Of a stretch of DNA of 64,000 bases, positions 44,882 to 53,412 are shown piece by piece. Position numbers and translations under genes: made by a program. Location: positions 2,076-66,075 of IMG/VR virus record IMGVR_UViG_3300011271_000009; one strand, 5' to 3'. Under the pieces are notes generated by a model. That model saw nothing but the letters and a program-made list of their open reading frames with translations, was not told where the DNA came from and searched no databases. The stretch's first letter is position 1. Every line of letters begins with the position of its first letter. This DNA is from a virus.

Positions 44882-46152
44882 CAGGCAACCTGCTCCAGCT
44901 GGAAGTTACGTAGCTTGGCTTCATCAGGATGGTTGGGAGTGCGCGGCCTGTAGAGTCCGCTCTCTGGTGATGCGCTGCGCCAACAGATATCGAAGAACGG
45001 GCATACGCCAGGCCGCAGACAATTGCCATGGCCGGTCTCCATGCGGAACTCCTTATCTAGCTCACCCTCGATGTAGGCGTCATTGAGCCGTGGCATGGTC
45101 TGAATCTGCTTAGCCAGCTGCAGTGATGTGATATGCGTAGCAGCTGCGGCGATCCGCTGCTCCTGATAGATTGAGCTGCGCTTCCACATCTCGACGTGGT
45201 AGTCACTGCGGATAATAGGCGGCAGGCTCACGAACTGCTTGGCCAGGGTCTCGGGGTAGTTGGACTGCAGATAATTCACCCAAGCACTGATGCCGCCCGG
45301 CTCATTGCTGGCCATGGAGCGCTGCCACCCCTTGCCCAGCCTGTGGTTCCTGCCGTCCGGGCCGGTCCACTCGTAGACACCTGAGTACTGGGTGCTGAAG
45401 GGAGCCCCCTCGTCGTTCTTCCAGCACCAGAACAGTGGGCTGTTGTGATACGAGTCGCCGCTGCCCCTGGGGTACTCCACCTTCCGCGATCCCTTGATGA
45501 GGCCCTCGATGATGACGCCATGGATCTTCACGCCCAGCCGCTCATCGGTGGGAATGACCTCGGTGAGGGTCTGGGGGTCGTACTTCCACTGCTCCCGCCA
45601 CGTGCTGTTGGCATCAGCGGTGGTCTTGAAGTTCAGGATGTAGTATTCGCGGCTGATACGGTGGCGCAGGATGGCGTCGGCCCGTGTCAGCAGCCGCATA
45701 TCATCGGCGATCTCGGTTGCATCCTCCAGCTCGACAGCAACGATCTCGTACTCGGCCATGATCTGAGGCAGCCGCACCAGACACCAGCCCTTCACCAGGC
45801 ATTGGATCATGGTGATCTGCTCTTCGACCTGCCAATTAGGCGCTCCGATGATGACGCCCACGGTCTCATCACAGCCATCGAAGTAGTCAGGCATGACACC
45901 GCGCTCGTTCACCGTACGTGCGAATTCTTCCTGCGCGACCTGGATGGCAGCATCGATGGTGTCAGGCTTCAGCGTGCCCAGCTTGACATGCTCCAAGATT
46001 GTGCCCAGAGGCTGGTGGATCATGCTGCCGGTCAGCAGGGGCAGCGACATGGCAGTACGCTCCAGGCCCCGGCCTTTGTATTCAAAGCCCCAGTAGCGTT
46101 GCCTCATACAGTGGTCAGCGGCCTCGCGGCGGCTTCTATCAACGACGATCAT
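44881..46152 (-). CDS. PD-(D/E)XK Cas4-like exonuclease
   Basis: N-terminal C, RADAIL...LNFKT, C-terminal C...CPFFDIC Fe-S pattern. Confidence 0.75.
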   Translation of the reverse strand: MIVVDRSRREAADHCMRQRYWGFEYKGRGLERTAMSLPLLTGSMIHQPLGTILEHVKLGTLKPDTIDAAIQVAQEEFARTVNERGVMPDYFDGCDETVGVIIGAPNWQVEEQITMIQCLVKGWCLVRLPQIMAEYEIVAVELEDATEIADDMRLLTRADAILRHRISREYYILNFKTTADANSTWREQWKYDPQTLTEVIPTDERLGVKIHGVIIEGLIKGSRKVEYPRGSGDSYHNSPLFWCWKNDEGAPFSTQYSGVYEWTGPDGRNHRLGKGWQRSMASNEPGGISAWVNYLQSNYPETLAKQFVSLPPIIRSDYHVEMWKRSSIYQEQRIAAAATHITSLQLAKQIQTMPRLNDAYIEGELDKEFRMETGHGNCLRPGVCPFFDICWRSASPESGLYRPRTPNHPDEAKLRNFQLEQVA

Positions 46153-46343
46153 TGGATGGGCTCCTTGTGTAGTGCGGCGTGGATGTAGGTCAGCTGTTCG
46201 GTGACCTGAGCAGCAATAGTTTGCAGGGTCTGAAGCTCATTCTGCATAACTTCGATGTGGGCCACCACAGTTACGTGCAGCTTCCCGGCCTCACGCAGCA
46301 GCTTCATCAGCTCCCTCTGCAGGGCTTCCCTGGACATGCTCAT
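46149..46343 (-). CDS. coiled-coil hypothetical protein
   Basis: coupled ORF. Confidence 0.55.
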   Translation of the reverse strand: MSMSREALQRELMKLLREAGKLHVTVVAHIEVMQNELQTLQTIAAQVTEQLTYIHAALHKEPIQ

Positions 46344-46504
46344 AAGCTAGGCCTCCCTTTCACGATGGACTTGCAGAAATTGTAGAGTTCATCCCAGTCG
46401 TCTACGAAGAGCAGACAACCAACCAAGAGGAAGGCTGCCCCGATAATGGCCCGCAGGGGCAGCCCTGCCCAGAACAGGAAGCTGCGGCGAAATTCAGGGG
46501 TCAT
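46340..46504 (-). CDS. small membrane protein
   Basis: ATGA overlap; hydrophobic segment. Confidence 0.55.
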   Translation of the reverse strand: MTPEFRRSFLFWAGLPLRAIIGAAFLLVGCLLFVDDWDELYNFCKSIVKGRPSL

Positions 46505-46674
46505 GCCGCTTCCTTGCATAAGGGGCACAGACCCCCGCTCAACCTGGTCTCGCGGCAGCGCCTGCCGCAGAGGCTGCACTTCGATTCTGGCTCGCGCCGT
46601 TCTGCCTTCTTTTGGAAGGCGCTGCTCCCCCGTTTTATACGCGCAGCGTGGTTATCTCTATGGCCCTTACCCAT
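46501..46674 (-). CDS. small basic zinc-finger protein
   Basis: MGKGHRDNH...CSLC...CPLC; overlaps the TROVE stop. Confidence 0.55.
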   Translation of the reverse strand: MGKGHRDNHAARIKRGSSAFQKKAERREPESKCSLCGRRCRETRLSGGLCPLCKEAA

Positions 46675-48007
46675 TGGAAGTCTCCGCCGCCCGGATGTAT
46701 TCCACGATGGCCTCGCTCCAGCCGTCGATATGGGTCCACTTGCCGTAGCCCACACCATTCTGGTAGCAGGCCACGTTCACCATGTAGCCGTGCTCGGCGA
46801 GGGGGGCACCCACAGAATCATGGGCCTGCTCATCGGTGATGACGATGATGCGGTCATAGTGGATGTTCTGCTGAGCAGCCAGCTGCTTGAGCTGCTGTAG
46901 GCTATGGCCGAGCTGCGTACCGCCGCTGTAGGCTGACCGGATCATGTTGGCCAGGGCAAAGCCGTGCCGGGGCGCAACTTCAGCAAGAGAGTCCGAGAAG
47001 GTGTAGACATCGCACTTCTCCACGATCTCGCGCAGAATGATGGCCAGTCCGCAGGCGGCATCCAGCCGGTCGATCTCGCTCTTGGCGCTGACCTTTGCCC
47101 CCACCATGGAGCCCGAGGTATCAATCACCAGTGCGGTGCGTCCAGGCAATGCTTCTGCGCCCTGCAGAACCCGCAACATAGCAGCGTCCAGCTCTCCCTC
47201 GAATACCGGGGCATGTTTGGCAGCGCTGATGAAGCGGAAGGGCAGAACCTGCCGGAAGGGTGCCAGCTGTAGGCAGCGCTCGATGAGGACACGGTCCACG
47301 CCGCAGTCGTGCATGTTGCGCAGATTGCGGAGCAGGGCCAGGTCGCCGAGCTTGCCTTCCTTGATGAGCCGGGTGAAGGTCTCCTTCTTGTCCTGACCGG
47401 CGCTGAGCGCCACTTCCCAGGTGTCAGGAGCAGGCAGCGTACCCTGCACCAGCTGCTTCCAGACTAGGGCTTGATCGCCATCCTTGGGCTTGGCGTGCGA
47501 CATGAAGAGGGCATCGCGCAGCTTCCAGGCTTCGTCGCGGTTGTACTTGGCCAGCCGGTAGGCGTCGAATTTGGTGAAGGCCTTGGCGATGCCCTTCTTC
47601 ACCTGGGCGCTGAGCGGCTGCCGCTTCTCCTTGTTGTAGATGGCCAGGAATTCGGTGATCTCGTCGGGCCGCTCGATCACCATCTCCAGGATATCGGCCA
47701 CCAGCAGCCGGTGCCCCTGGGGGCCGCGTGCCATCTCCCGTACCAGCAGGAGCGGCACATGGCGCAGGTGCATCTTGTGGCGGCACCAGACTGCCATATC
47801 GCCCACGGCTTTGGCGTCCACATGGGGCACCAGCTGGGCGATGCGTTCCCCGATCTCGACACCGTCCTCGTAGAAGGTGTCCTCCCACAGCAGGCAGGCC
47901 ATAGTGGACCGGCGTAGCTGTTGCTCCTCTGAGATGCGTTTGGCTGGGCCGCCTTCATGGGTGGCCAGGATGGGCGCGGAATGCCGCGCAGTGTTAAGAC
48001 GTGCCAT
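46667..48007 (-). CDS. rsr: Ro60/TROVE RNA-binding protein with vWA domain
   Basis: THEGGPA, LLWEDTFYE, KYNR, TWEVALS, ALLRNLRN, MIDAS IDTSGSM, IVITDEQ. Confidence 0.92.
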   Translation of the reverse strand: MARLNTARHSAPILATHEGGPAKRISEEQQLRRSTMACLLWEDTFYEDGVEIGERIAQLVPHVDAKAVGDMAVWCRHKMHLRHVPLLLVREMARGPQGHRLLVADILEMVIERPDEITEFLAIYNKEKRQPLSAQVKKGIAKAFTKFDAYRLAKYNRDEAWKLRDALFMSHAKPKDGDQALVWKQLVQGTLPAPDTWEVALSAGQDKKETFTRLIKEGKLGDLALLRNLRNMHDCGVDRVLIERCLQLAPFRQVLPFRFISAAKHAPVFEGELDAAMLRVLQGAEALPGRTALVIDTSGSMVGAKVSAKSEIDRLDAACGLAIILREIVEKCDVYTFSDSLAEVAPRHGFALANMIRSAYSGGTQLGHSLQQLKQLAAQQNIHYDRIIVITDEQAHDSVGAPLAEHGYMVNVACYQNGVGYGKWTHIDGWSEAIVEYIRAAETSNG

Positions 48008-48027
48008 GGTTCCCTCCTCGCAGAATT

Positions 48028-48130
48028 TGTGGATATATCACGACTGCACAGCGAGGGGAAGGGTTGGAACCAACTTATCCACAGGGGTATTCCCGAAGTG
48101 GGAAGAAGTTCCCGTTATGGCACCACCACA
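48028..48130 (-). ncRNA. Y-RNA-like module G (degenerate)
   Basis: UGUGG/CCACA closing stem, UGGUGCC, ACUUCU. Confidence 0.5.
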
Positions 48131-48399
48131 CTGATCTTTTTAAGGCTGCACCGTGATGAGTAAGGGCCTTGGGACCCCTGGGCGGGCACGGTGCAGCCTC
48201 TTGTGCCGGTGATCCTCCCCGCCCAACCTTATGCTGCGCAGCTGTGTTTCTCTAGGGAAGCGTAGACAAACCCCGTGCTGCGCTCTCCGCAGCCACCATG
48301 CAACCACGCAACGACTTATTCCGGGATGCTTTGCGCACATTTGAAACTGCTGGGGGACTGCCAGGCCCCACAGCTTTCAGGTACATCCCGGAAACTTGC

Positions 48400-48522
48400 C
48401 TTTGGGAGAACGGTTGAAAGCAGCGTTGTCTTCGACCTCCGGTTTACAAACCCGGCGCTCTGTCTGAGCTATAGCGCCATACAAGCGGCGTTAGAAGTAA
48501 CTGCTTCCTGCACTACCCAAAG
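48400..48522 (-). ncRNA. Y-RNA-like module F with tRNA D arm and Thr(UGU)-like anticodon arm
   Basis: CUUUGGG/CCCAAAG, UAGUGCA, GUUACUUCU, GUUCU; UAGCUC-AGACA-GAGC; CCGG-G-UUUGUAA-A-CCGG-AGGUC. Confidence 0.72.
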
Positions 48523-48712
48523 TGAACTTGGTGAGCGCCAAAGCCTTGTCCGCTGTGCCATCGCTGGTATGGGTCTCTATCTCCCCCAGCAGGGCCTGCT
48601 TGGCTGGTCAGCCACTCGCTACCCACCGCTCACCAAACTTTGATGAGGCAGCGCCCGCGCCTCGCGGGGGAGTCCATCCCTGGATGTCTCCTGCGCTGCC
48701 CCATAACAGTGA

Positions 48713-48811
48713 TCCGAGGAATGGACGGCTGCAGTCTGCTGGGTGCGACCCCAGCCACTTGGATTGTGTCCAAGCTCTAGCCGAGAAGTATCTGCTGCCT
48801 TCACCATCGGA
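48713..48811 (-). ncRNA. Y-RNA-like module E with tRNA-core-like three-hairpin cargo
   Basis: UCCGA/UCGGA, UGGUGAA, AUACUUCU, AUUCC. Confidence 0.65.
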
Positions 48812-48820
48812 ACAGCGTTA

Positions 48821-48894
48821 GCAGCGGGGAACGGACGCCTTCGGAGCTGGTTTCTATTATGAGTAGAAGTAACCGAGGGCTGCACCACCGCAGC
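48821..48894 (-). ncRNA. minimal Y-RNA-like module D with CAU anticodon stem-loop
   Basis: UGGUGCA, GCCCUCGG/CCGAAGGC, UUCUA-CUCAUAA-UAGAA, GUUCC. Confidence 0.72.
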
Positions 48895-49030
48895 AAGGGT
48901 GTTTCTGGCAGCAGGCCGGTACGGTGGCGTTCAGTGACGTAGAGAGAGCTGCAGTCACTCCGTCAGTGTTCTCCGCACCCGCGAATACCGGCACACCGGA
49001 TTTAGAGCGTGCTTTGCTGCCAGAAAGTAT

Positions 49031-49176
49031 TCTGCGAGGAACGGATGCATCGGGGGTTTTCTGGCTCTGCTGCTCTAGCCGACTGAGCTACGCCTCCCAC
49101 TGGGGGCGGCGGCTGGATTTGAACCAGCGACCTACAGCTTTGCTATAGAAGTAACCCGCTGCTGCACCATCGCAGA
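49031..49176 (-). ncRNA. yrlA: YrlA-type Y RNA (module C)
   Basis: Ro-stem scaffold enclosing T arm GCUGG-UUCAAAU-CCAGC, a hairpin-closed acceptor stem, then D arm UAGCUCAG...GAGC (permuted tRNA order). Confidence 0.82.
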
Positions 49177-49184
49177 GATGCTAA

Positions 49185-49264
49185 CTGTGGAGAACAGTTG
49201 CGGTCGGGTGAGCCTTGCGGCCCTTCTTTTCAAGAGAAGTATCCGACTGCTGGCACTACCACAG
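49185..49264 (-). ncRNA. Y-RNA-like module B with UGA(Ser) anticodon stem-loop
   Basis: CUGUGG/CCACAG, UAGUGCCA, CUUCU-CUUGAAA-AGAAG, GNRA hairpin, GUUCU. Confidence 0.72.
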
Positions 49265-49275
49265 CGGTAAAGCTA

Positions 49276-49453
49276 TGCTAGGGAAGATTGCTCGGCGTGG
49301 CCTCCAGTACTCATAGCGCGTGGCTGGCCGTGTCACAGCCCTTTGGACTCGCGGCTACGTCTCCCTTGGCCGACTCTCCCCCCATCGACGCTGGGGGCTG
49401 CCAGCGCCTATGGCGGGGGAGTTTTGAAGTAACGCCTTGCTGCACCACTAGCA
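49276..49453 (-). ncRNA. Y-RNA-like module A with large multi-hairpin cargo
   Basis: UGCUAG/CUAGCA, UGGUGCA, GUUACUUC, UUCC. Confidence 0.68.
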
Positions 49454-49529
49454 GAAATCTTGTGTTGCTGTGCTACGTTGTCCTGCTGAATCAGCAACGC
49501 ACTCAAGCGGCGTCCAGCAAGACTGGAAT

Positions 49530-49558
49530 ACCCTACGCCTGTTTTCTGAAAGCGTCAA
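49530..49558 (-). promoter_or_regulatory. sigma70-like promoter for RNA array and Ro60
   Basis: TTGACG-N17-TAGGGT. Confidence 0.6.
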
Positions 49559-49584
49559 GCAAAAACTGTAGCAGCATGTCATCG

Positions 49585-49614
49585 TTGCGTCCAGTTCCTG
49601 TACTGTGCTAGGTT
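49585..49614 (+). promoter_or_regulatory. divergent sigma70-like promoter
   Basis: TTGCGT-N18 with TGn extended -10 TAGGTT. Confidence 0.45.
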
Positions 49615-50686
49615 GAATGCCCCTATGACATCTCCCGCTGCTGTGCTCCTCGATGAAGTTAGCTCTCTGATCAGCCGCTTCGTAGTCCTCACCCCCGCCC
49701 AGGCAGACACCTGCGCCCTGTTCGTGCTGCATACCCATACCTTTGCTGCGGCTAGGTTTACGCCCTATCTGCATATCACTTCGGCGCAGCCCAGAAGTGG
49801 CAAGAGCCTCTTGCTGCGCGTCCTGAGGGCTGTGGTGGCCAAGCCGTGGCTTACAGGCCGGGTATCTGCGGCGGCCCTAGTCCGCAAGATTGACGAACAG
49901 CGGCCTACGCTGCTGCTGGATGAAGTAGATACTGTGTTCTCCATACGCACTGAGTACTCAGAGACCTTGCGGGGGGTGCTCAACTCGGGATTTGAAGCTG
50001 CAGGGGCATATACGGCTTGTGACAAACTGGCTAAGTCCTGGAAGGCACACGACTTCAGGGTGTTCTCACCGAAGGTGATCGCCGGGATCGGTCAGTTGGA
50101 GCACACGTTGCAAGACAGGACGCTGCCGATCTGGCTGCAGCGGGCACGTAGGGATGAGACACGGGAGCCATTCCGTGAGACGCGCCTCGAAGCCGAGCTG
50201 GCCAACCTCAAGCAGCGTTGTGCGGAGTGGTCGCTGACAGCTACGGATGCGCTGAAATCACTCAATGACCCGGAGACGCCTGTTCAGCTGAACGCACGGC
50301 AAGGCGACACATGCGGCCCGCTGCTGTCAATTGCAGATTACGCCAGAAGCCCCTGGCCGGAGCGCAGCCGGGCGGCGCTGGTCGAGATTTGTGCCGCACG
50401 CCGTGTGCATGACGAGTCGGATGTTGTCCAACTGCTCTATCACATCCGGGACCTGCTTGATGAATTGAAGGCAGAACGTATTGCCAGTGCTGACTTGGTA
50501 GCTCTCCTGAACAGCCGCGAGGAGTGGCCTTGGGCTGACTACGACAACGGACGGCCCCTTACGGCCAACAAACTCGCTAGGCTTCTGCGGCCTCTGCAGA
50601 TAGGCCCCCGTGACCACAAATTCAACGACCAAGTACTCAAAGGGTATCGCCGGGTTGACTTCGAGGACGCTTGGTTGCGCTACTGA
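49613..50686 (+). CDS. DUF3631-family P-loop protein (replication-associated)
   Basis: SAQPRSGKS, PTLLLDE, PKVIAGIG, LNARQGD, LARLLRPLQIGP...KGYRRVDFEDAWLRY; ATG 49625 likely. Confidence 0.75.
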   Translation: MNAPMTSPAAVLLDEVSSLISRFVVLTPAQADTCALFVLHTHTFAAARFTPYLHITSAQPRSGKSLLLRVLRAVVAKPWLTGRVSAAALVRKIDEQRPTLLLDEVDTVFSIRTEYSETLRGVLNSGFEAAGAYTACDKLAKSWKAHDFRVFSPKVIAGIGQLEHTLQDRTLPIWLQRARRDETREPFRETRLEAELANLKQRCAEWSLTATDALKSLNDPETPVQLNARQGDTCGPLLSIADYARSPWPERSRAALVEICAARRVHDESDVVQLLYHIRDLLDELKAERIASADLVALLNSREEWPWADYDNGRPLTANKLARLLRPLQIGPRDHKFNDQVLKGYRRVDFEDAWLRY

Positions 50687-50828
50687 TTTATCAAAAGCTA
50701 CCCATTGCAGCCCGCATAGAAACCCTGCGGTAGCGGGGTTGCCCCTTTTCGACTAGGACCTAAGCGAGTGCCTAATATTTTAGGGGGTAGTTCCGTCCAG
50801 GAACTAGTATTTCTACCGCGCCGCCGCT

Positions 50829-51080
50829 CTAGGTGCGGGGCTGCCTTCCCTTGGGCTGGGCTGCCCTCTTGCGGCACTTCTGGGGGGCACTGGACGCTGC
50901 TGGATGATACTCTGCGGGCTTGGCTGACCCAGCAGCTAGGACGCCCACGCTGCAGGACAGCAACGCCACGCATAGGTGGTTGAGGCTTACGCCCTCTTGC
51001 TTAGCTATCCGGCATAGATTCCTGTGTAGGCTCCTGGGAACCCGCAGGACGAACTTGCCGCTATATTCCAGATCTGTCAT
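50829..51080 (-). CDS. HicB-family ribbon-helix-helix DNA-binding protein
   Basis: YSGKFVLRVPRSLHRNL...EGVSLNHL. Confidence 0.8.
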   Translation of the reverse strand: MTDLEYSGKFVLRVPRSLHRNLCRIAKQEGVSLNHLCVALLSCSVGVLAAGSAKPAEYHPAASSAPQKCRKRAAQPKGRQPRT

Positions 51081-51304
51081 AGCCAAGTCTCCAGAATCAC
51101 AGGATCGTCATGGGGGTGTCGCCGCAAGCAGACAAGTCCTCGGGCAAGGAGCCACAGGCGTGCGGCTTCCAGGTTGTCATAGAGCCACACATCGCTGGTG
51201 GGCTGGTCATAGACGAAGCGCCGCACCACGTACTTGGTGGGGTAGTCCTTGGGATGGTCGTAGACGGTGTAGAGGGACAACGGCTCACCCGGTGATGCGT
51301 TCAC
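51077..51304 (-). CDS. conserved phage small protein
   Basis: YTVYDHPKDYP...YVVRRF...DDPVILETWL. Confidence 0.7.
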   Translation of the reverse strand: MNASPGEPLSLYTVYDHPKDYPTKYVVRRFVYDQPTSDVWLYDNLEAARLWLLARGLVCLRRHPHDDPVILETWL

Positions 51305-51512
51305 GGAGCCTCCGGTCAGCGATCCTCTTGGTTATCTCTTCCACACTGTCTCGCTTGAAATCGATGCCGCACCTGCCGCACTGCAGCTCGCCGTCATCGC
51401 CGTACTTGCCATGACATGGATGCTCAGCCCAGAGCACGAAGCGCAGTGTCGCTAGCTCTGCGTCACGCATGAGGCATGCGTGACAGATACCATCGTTGGG
51501 GGGCTTCTTCAT
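51285..51512 (-). CDS. small Cys-containing protein
   Basis: YGDDGELQCGRC. Confidence 0.6.
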   Translation of the reverse strand: MKKPPNDGICHACLMRDAELATLRFVLWAEHPCHGKYGDDGELQCGRCGIDFKRDSVEEITKRIADRRLRERITG

Positions 51513-51757
51513 ATCTCGATTCCATGCTCCTGCTTCAGGTGGGCCGCAAACTCCTCAGCCGTACGCGGCATCCGGGAGAGCGGTATCAGGGTTGGGCTTG
51601 GGTCTGTACTCAGCGGTCCCTTCACGCCATACATGGCAATGCAGTAAGCACAGGCGTAATCTGTTCCGCCTTGGCCGCTCATCAGGTGAATCCGCTGAGG
51701 CTTGTCCCAGTCGATGATTGGAAAGCTCTCGCGTAGGGTGGCTTCGTCTAAGGCCAT
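51509..51757 (-). CDS. small C2H2-like zinc-finger protein
   Basis: CAYC...FAAHLKQEH. Confidence 0.6.
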   Translation of the reverse strand: MALDEATLRESFPIIDWDKPQRIHLMSGQGGTDYACAYCIAMYGVKGPLSTDPSPTLIPLSRMPRTAEEFAAHLKQEHGIEI

Positions 51758-51984
51758 CAGTTGTTCCCGTGCCGCTGCTCGTCCTTCTCTTGCCGCTCCA
51801 CAGCGCGTTTAGCCAAGGCGGTTGCTGCTGCTTCATAAGCCAGCTGAAAGATGAACACCACTTCGGATGGAACAAGATCGGGCTGCTTCTTAACCAAGTC
51901 ATCCATCAGCTCATGGGCAAGCTTGCTAATAATCTCTTGGCGCTCCAGGTCAGGCATGGGCAGTTGCAATATGCCGATTCTCAT
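51757..51984 (-). CDS. hypothetical protein
   Basis: coupled ORF chain. Confidence 0.6.
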   Translation of the reverse strand: MRIGILQLPMPDLERQEIISKLAHELMDDLVKKQPDLVPSEVVFIFQLAYEAAATALAKRAVERQEKDEQRHGNN

Positions 51985-52214
51985 CCTCGTCCCTTTCGTA
52001 TGCCGTCTCTGCCCTGCAGAACTGCCCCGTATGCGTAGGGAGGTTTGATGCGCTGGAAAATCTCCAGCAGCTCGCTTACGGTCAGTTCGAGGGCGGTGAT
52101 GTCAGCCCGCACAATTGTGTGGGGGAAGTCCTTGTTCTCGAAGTCGCGGACGGTCTGCAGCAGCTCCTGCAGACGCTCCTTGCTGGGTACATCGATGTGC
52201 AGCGTAACTCGCAT
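51981..52214 (-). CDS. hypothetical protein
   Basis: coupled ORF chain. Confidence 0.6.
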   Translation of the reverse strand: MRVTLHIDVPSKERLQELLQTVRDFENKDFPHTIVRADITALELTVSELLEIFQRIKPPYAYGAVLQGRDGIRKGRG

Positions 52215-52448
52215 TCAGCCCTGCTCCTTTCGGTGTTGTATGTCCCTGCGGAAATCCTCGCGCATGATATCGCCACCTAGCGACGTTTCAACGCTTTGCA
52301 GAAGCCGCTGCGCCCCGGCCATCATGAAGCTGCGGAACTGTGCCTCGTCTTCATAGCCCAGCTCATTGACCAGGCCCACGGCGTAAGAGTACAGCTTATC
52401 GGTGAATGCCTGCCGCCGCTGTTCGCGCTCTACCCAAGTCTCGGTCAT
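52215..52448 (-). CDS. hypothetical protein
   Basis: coupled ORF chain. Confidence 0.6.
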   Translation of the reverse strand: MTETWVEREQRRQAFTDKLYSYAVGLVNELGYEDEAQFRSFMMAGAQRLLQSVETSLGGDIMREDFRRDIQHRKEQG

Positions 52449-52660
52449 GGTATCTGCCCCTGACGCAGCTTGCGCTCGATATCGGCGGCGACAGTGCGCA
52501 GAACTTTCGGGAGCTTCAGCATCTCCTCAGCGGGGGCGTGCATGGATATCCCATGGCCGAACTTGCCGCCTGTGATGATTAGGATCACAGAGGTAGCCGC
52601 ACTCTTCTTGCGCACATAGGTGCAGAGATCGTCGTAACGTCCTGGTCCAAAAGGGCTCAC
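52445..52660 (-). CDS. hypothetical protein
   Basis: GPGRYDDLCT...LRTVAADIE. Confidence 0.65.
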   Translation of the reverse strand: MSPFGPGRYDDLCTYVRKKSAATSVILIITGGKFGHGISMHAPAEEMLKLPKVLRTVAADIERKLRQGQIP

Positions 52661-53016
52661 TTGTGGTTTCTCCTGAAGGCGGTCTGCAGGTCACGCACGG
52701 GCGTGCGATCCACGGGGAAGCCTAGCTTGACCGTTAGCTCGATCACAGCGCGGTCTTCCAACTCCTGCCACTTCCCAGCGTCAATCAGCTTCTCGCAGTC
52801 CGCGCAGGCGCAGAATCCGCGCTCGCTATTTAGCAGATGCTTGATCTCGCCGGTATCCTCGTTGAGTGCCAGGCAGGCCATGTCAGGGCAGTCGTAGTAG
52901 CGGAAGAAGGTGCTCTCGGGGCGTGGGGCGCTGCAGAAGTCACACTCGGGGTGACGCTCTTGGGTGAGCCGTTCCTGCAGCATTGCATTGATACGTGTGC
53001 ATTCGCTATCCGGCAT
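52657..53016 (-). CDS. zinc-binding hypothetical protein
   Basis: CDFCS...ACADC. Confidence 0.65.
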   Translation of the reverse strand: MPDSECTRINAMLQERLTQERHPECDFCSAPRPESTFFRYYDCPDMACLALNEDTGEIKHLLNSERGFCACADCEKLIDAGKWQELEDRAVIELTVKLGFPVDRTPVRDLQTAFRRNHK

Positions 53017-53018
53017 CG

Positions 53019-53234
53019 TTATAGCCTCTTCAAGAGCTTCAGATGTTCCCGGATGACTGCATCGCGCTCATCCTCGGCTGCACCGCCTGTGAAGTCGAAG
53101 CTGCAATCCTTGCAATGATGGAACGTGGTCAGGCAGTCGAGCCACACGGCTCCAGCAGCACTAACCCCGTACTGAAATCGATCCACCACCTGTTTAGTTT
53201 CAACCTTGTCGCTGCCGCAGTTCGCGCATTCCAT
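53019..53234 (-). CDS. YgiT/MqsA-type zinc-ribbon protein
   Basis: CANCGS...HHCKDCSFDF. Confidence 0.6.
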   Translation of the reverse strand: MECANCGSDKVETKQVVDRFQYGVSAAGAVWLDCLTTFHHCKDCSFDFTGGAAEDERDAVIREHLKLLKRL

Positions 53235-53244
53235 AAGTCTCCAC

Positions 53245-53329
53245 TCTCAGCCACCCCATGCGGTGAGCGCCGCCTCCGACCTCAGGGAGGTGCTACAACA
53301 GACTGAAGCCAGAGTTGGGGTGGCTGAGA
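53245..53329. repeat. 14-bp inverted repeat enclosing an inner hairpin
   Basis: TCTCAGCCACCCCA / TGGGGTGGCTGAGA. Confidence 0.65.
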
Positions 53330-53412
53330 CTGACGGCTTCAGTGTACGTGCATAAGTTTTCGGGGTGCCCCACTTCTGTCCCATAACAGGGGCTGAAACT
53401 GCTGCGCAACGC

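Noticed and set aside
48319-48393. c-di-GMP-I riboswitch
   Set aside because: Only GCGCAAAGC resembles the consensus; the GCAAAC-GNRA P1/P2 core is missing
49066-49140. tRNA gene
   Set aside because: The T arm precedes the acceptor hairpin and D arm, and there is no 7-nt anticodon loop or CCA end; this is YrlA-type permuted mimicry
48028-49453. CRISPR array
   Set aside because: The repeats are short structural motifs with covarying stems and irregular spacing, not identical direct repeats; no cas operon (the Cas4-like gene is a stand-alone phage nuclease)
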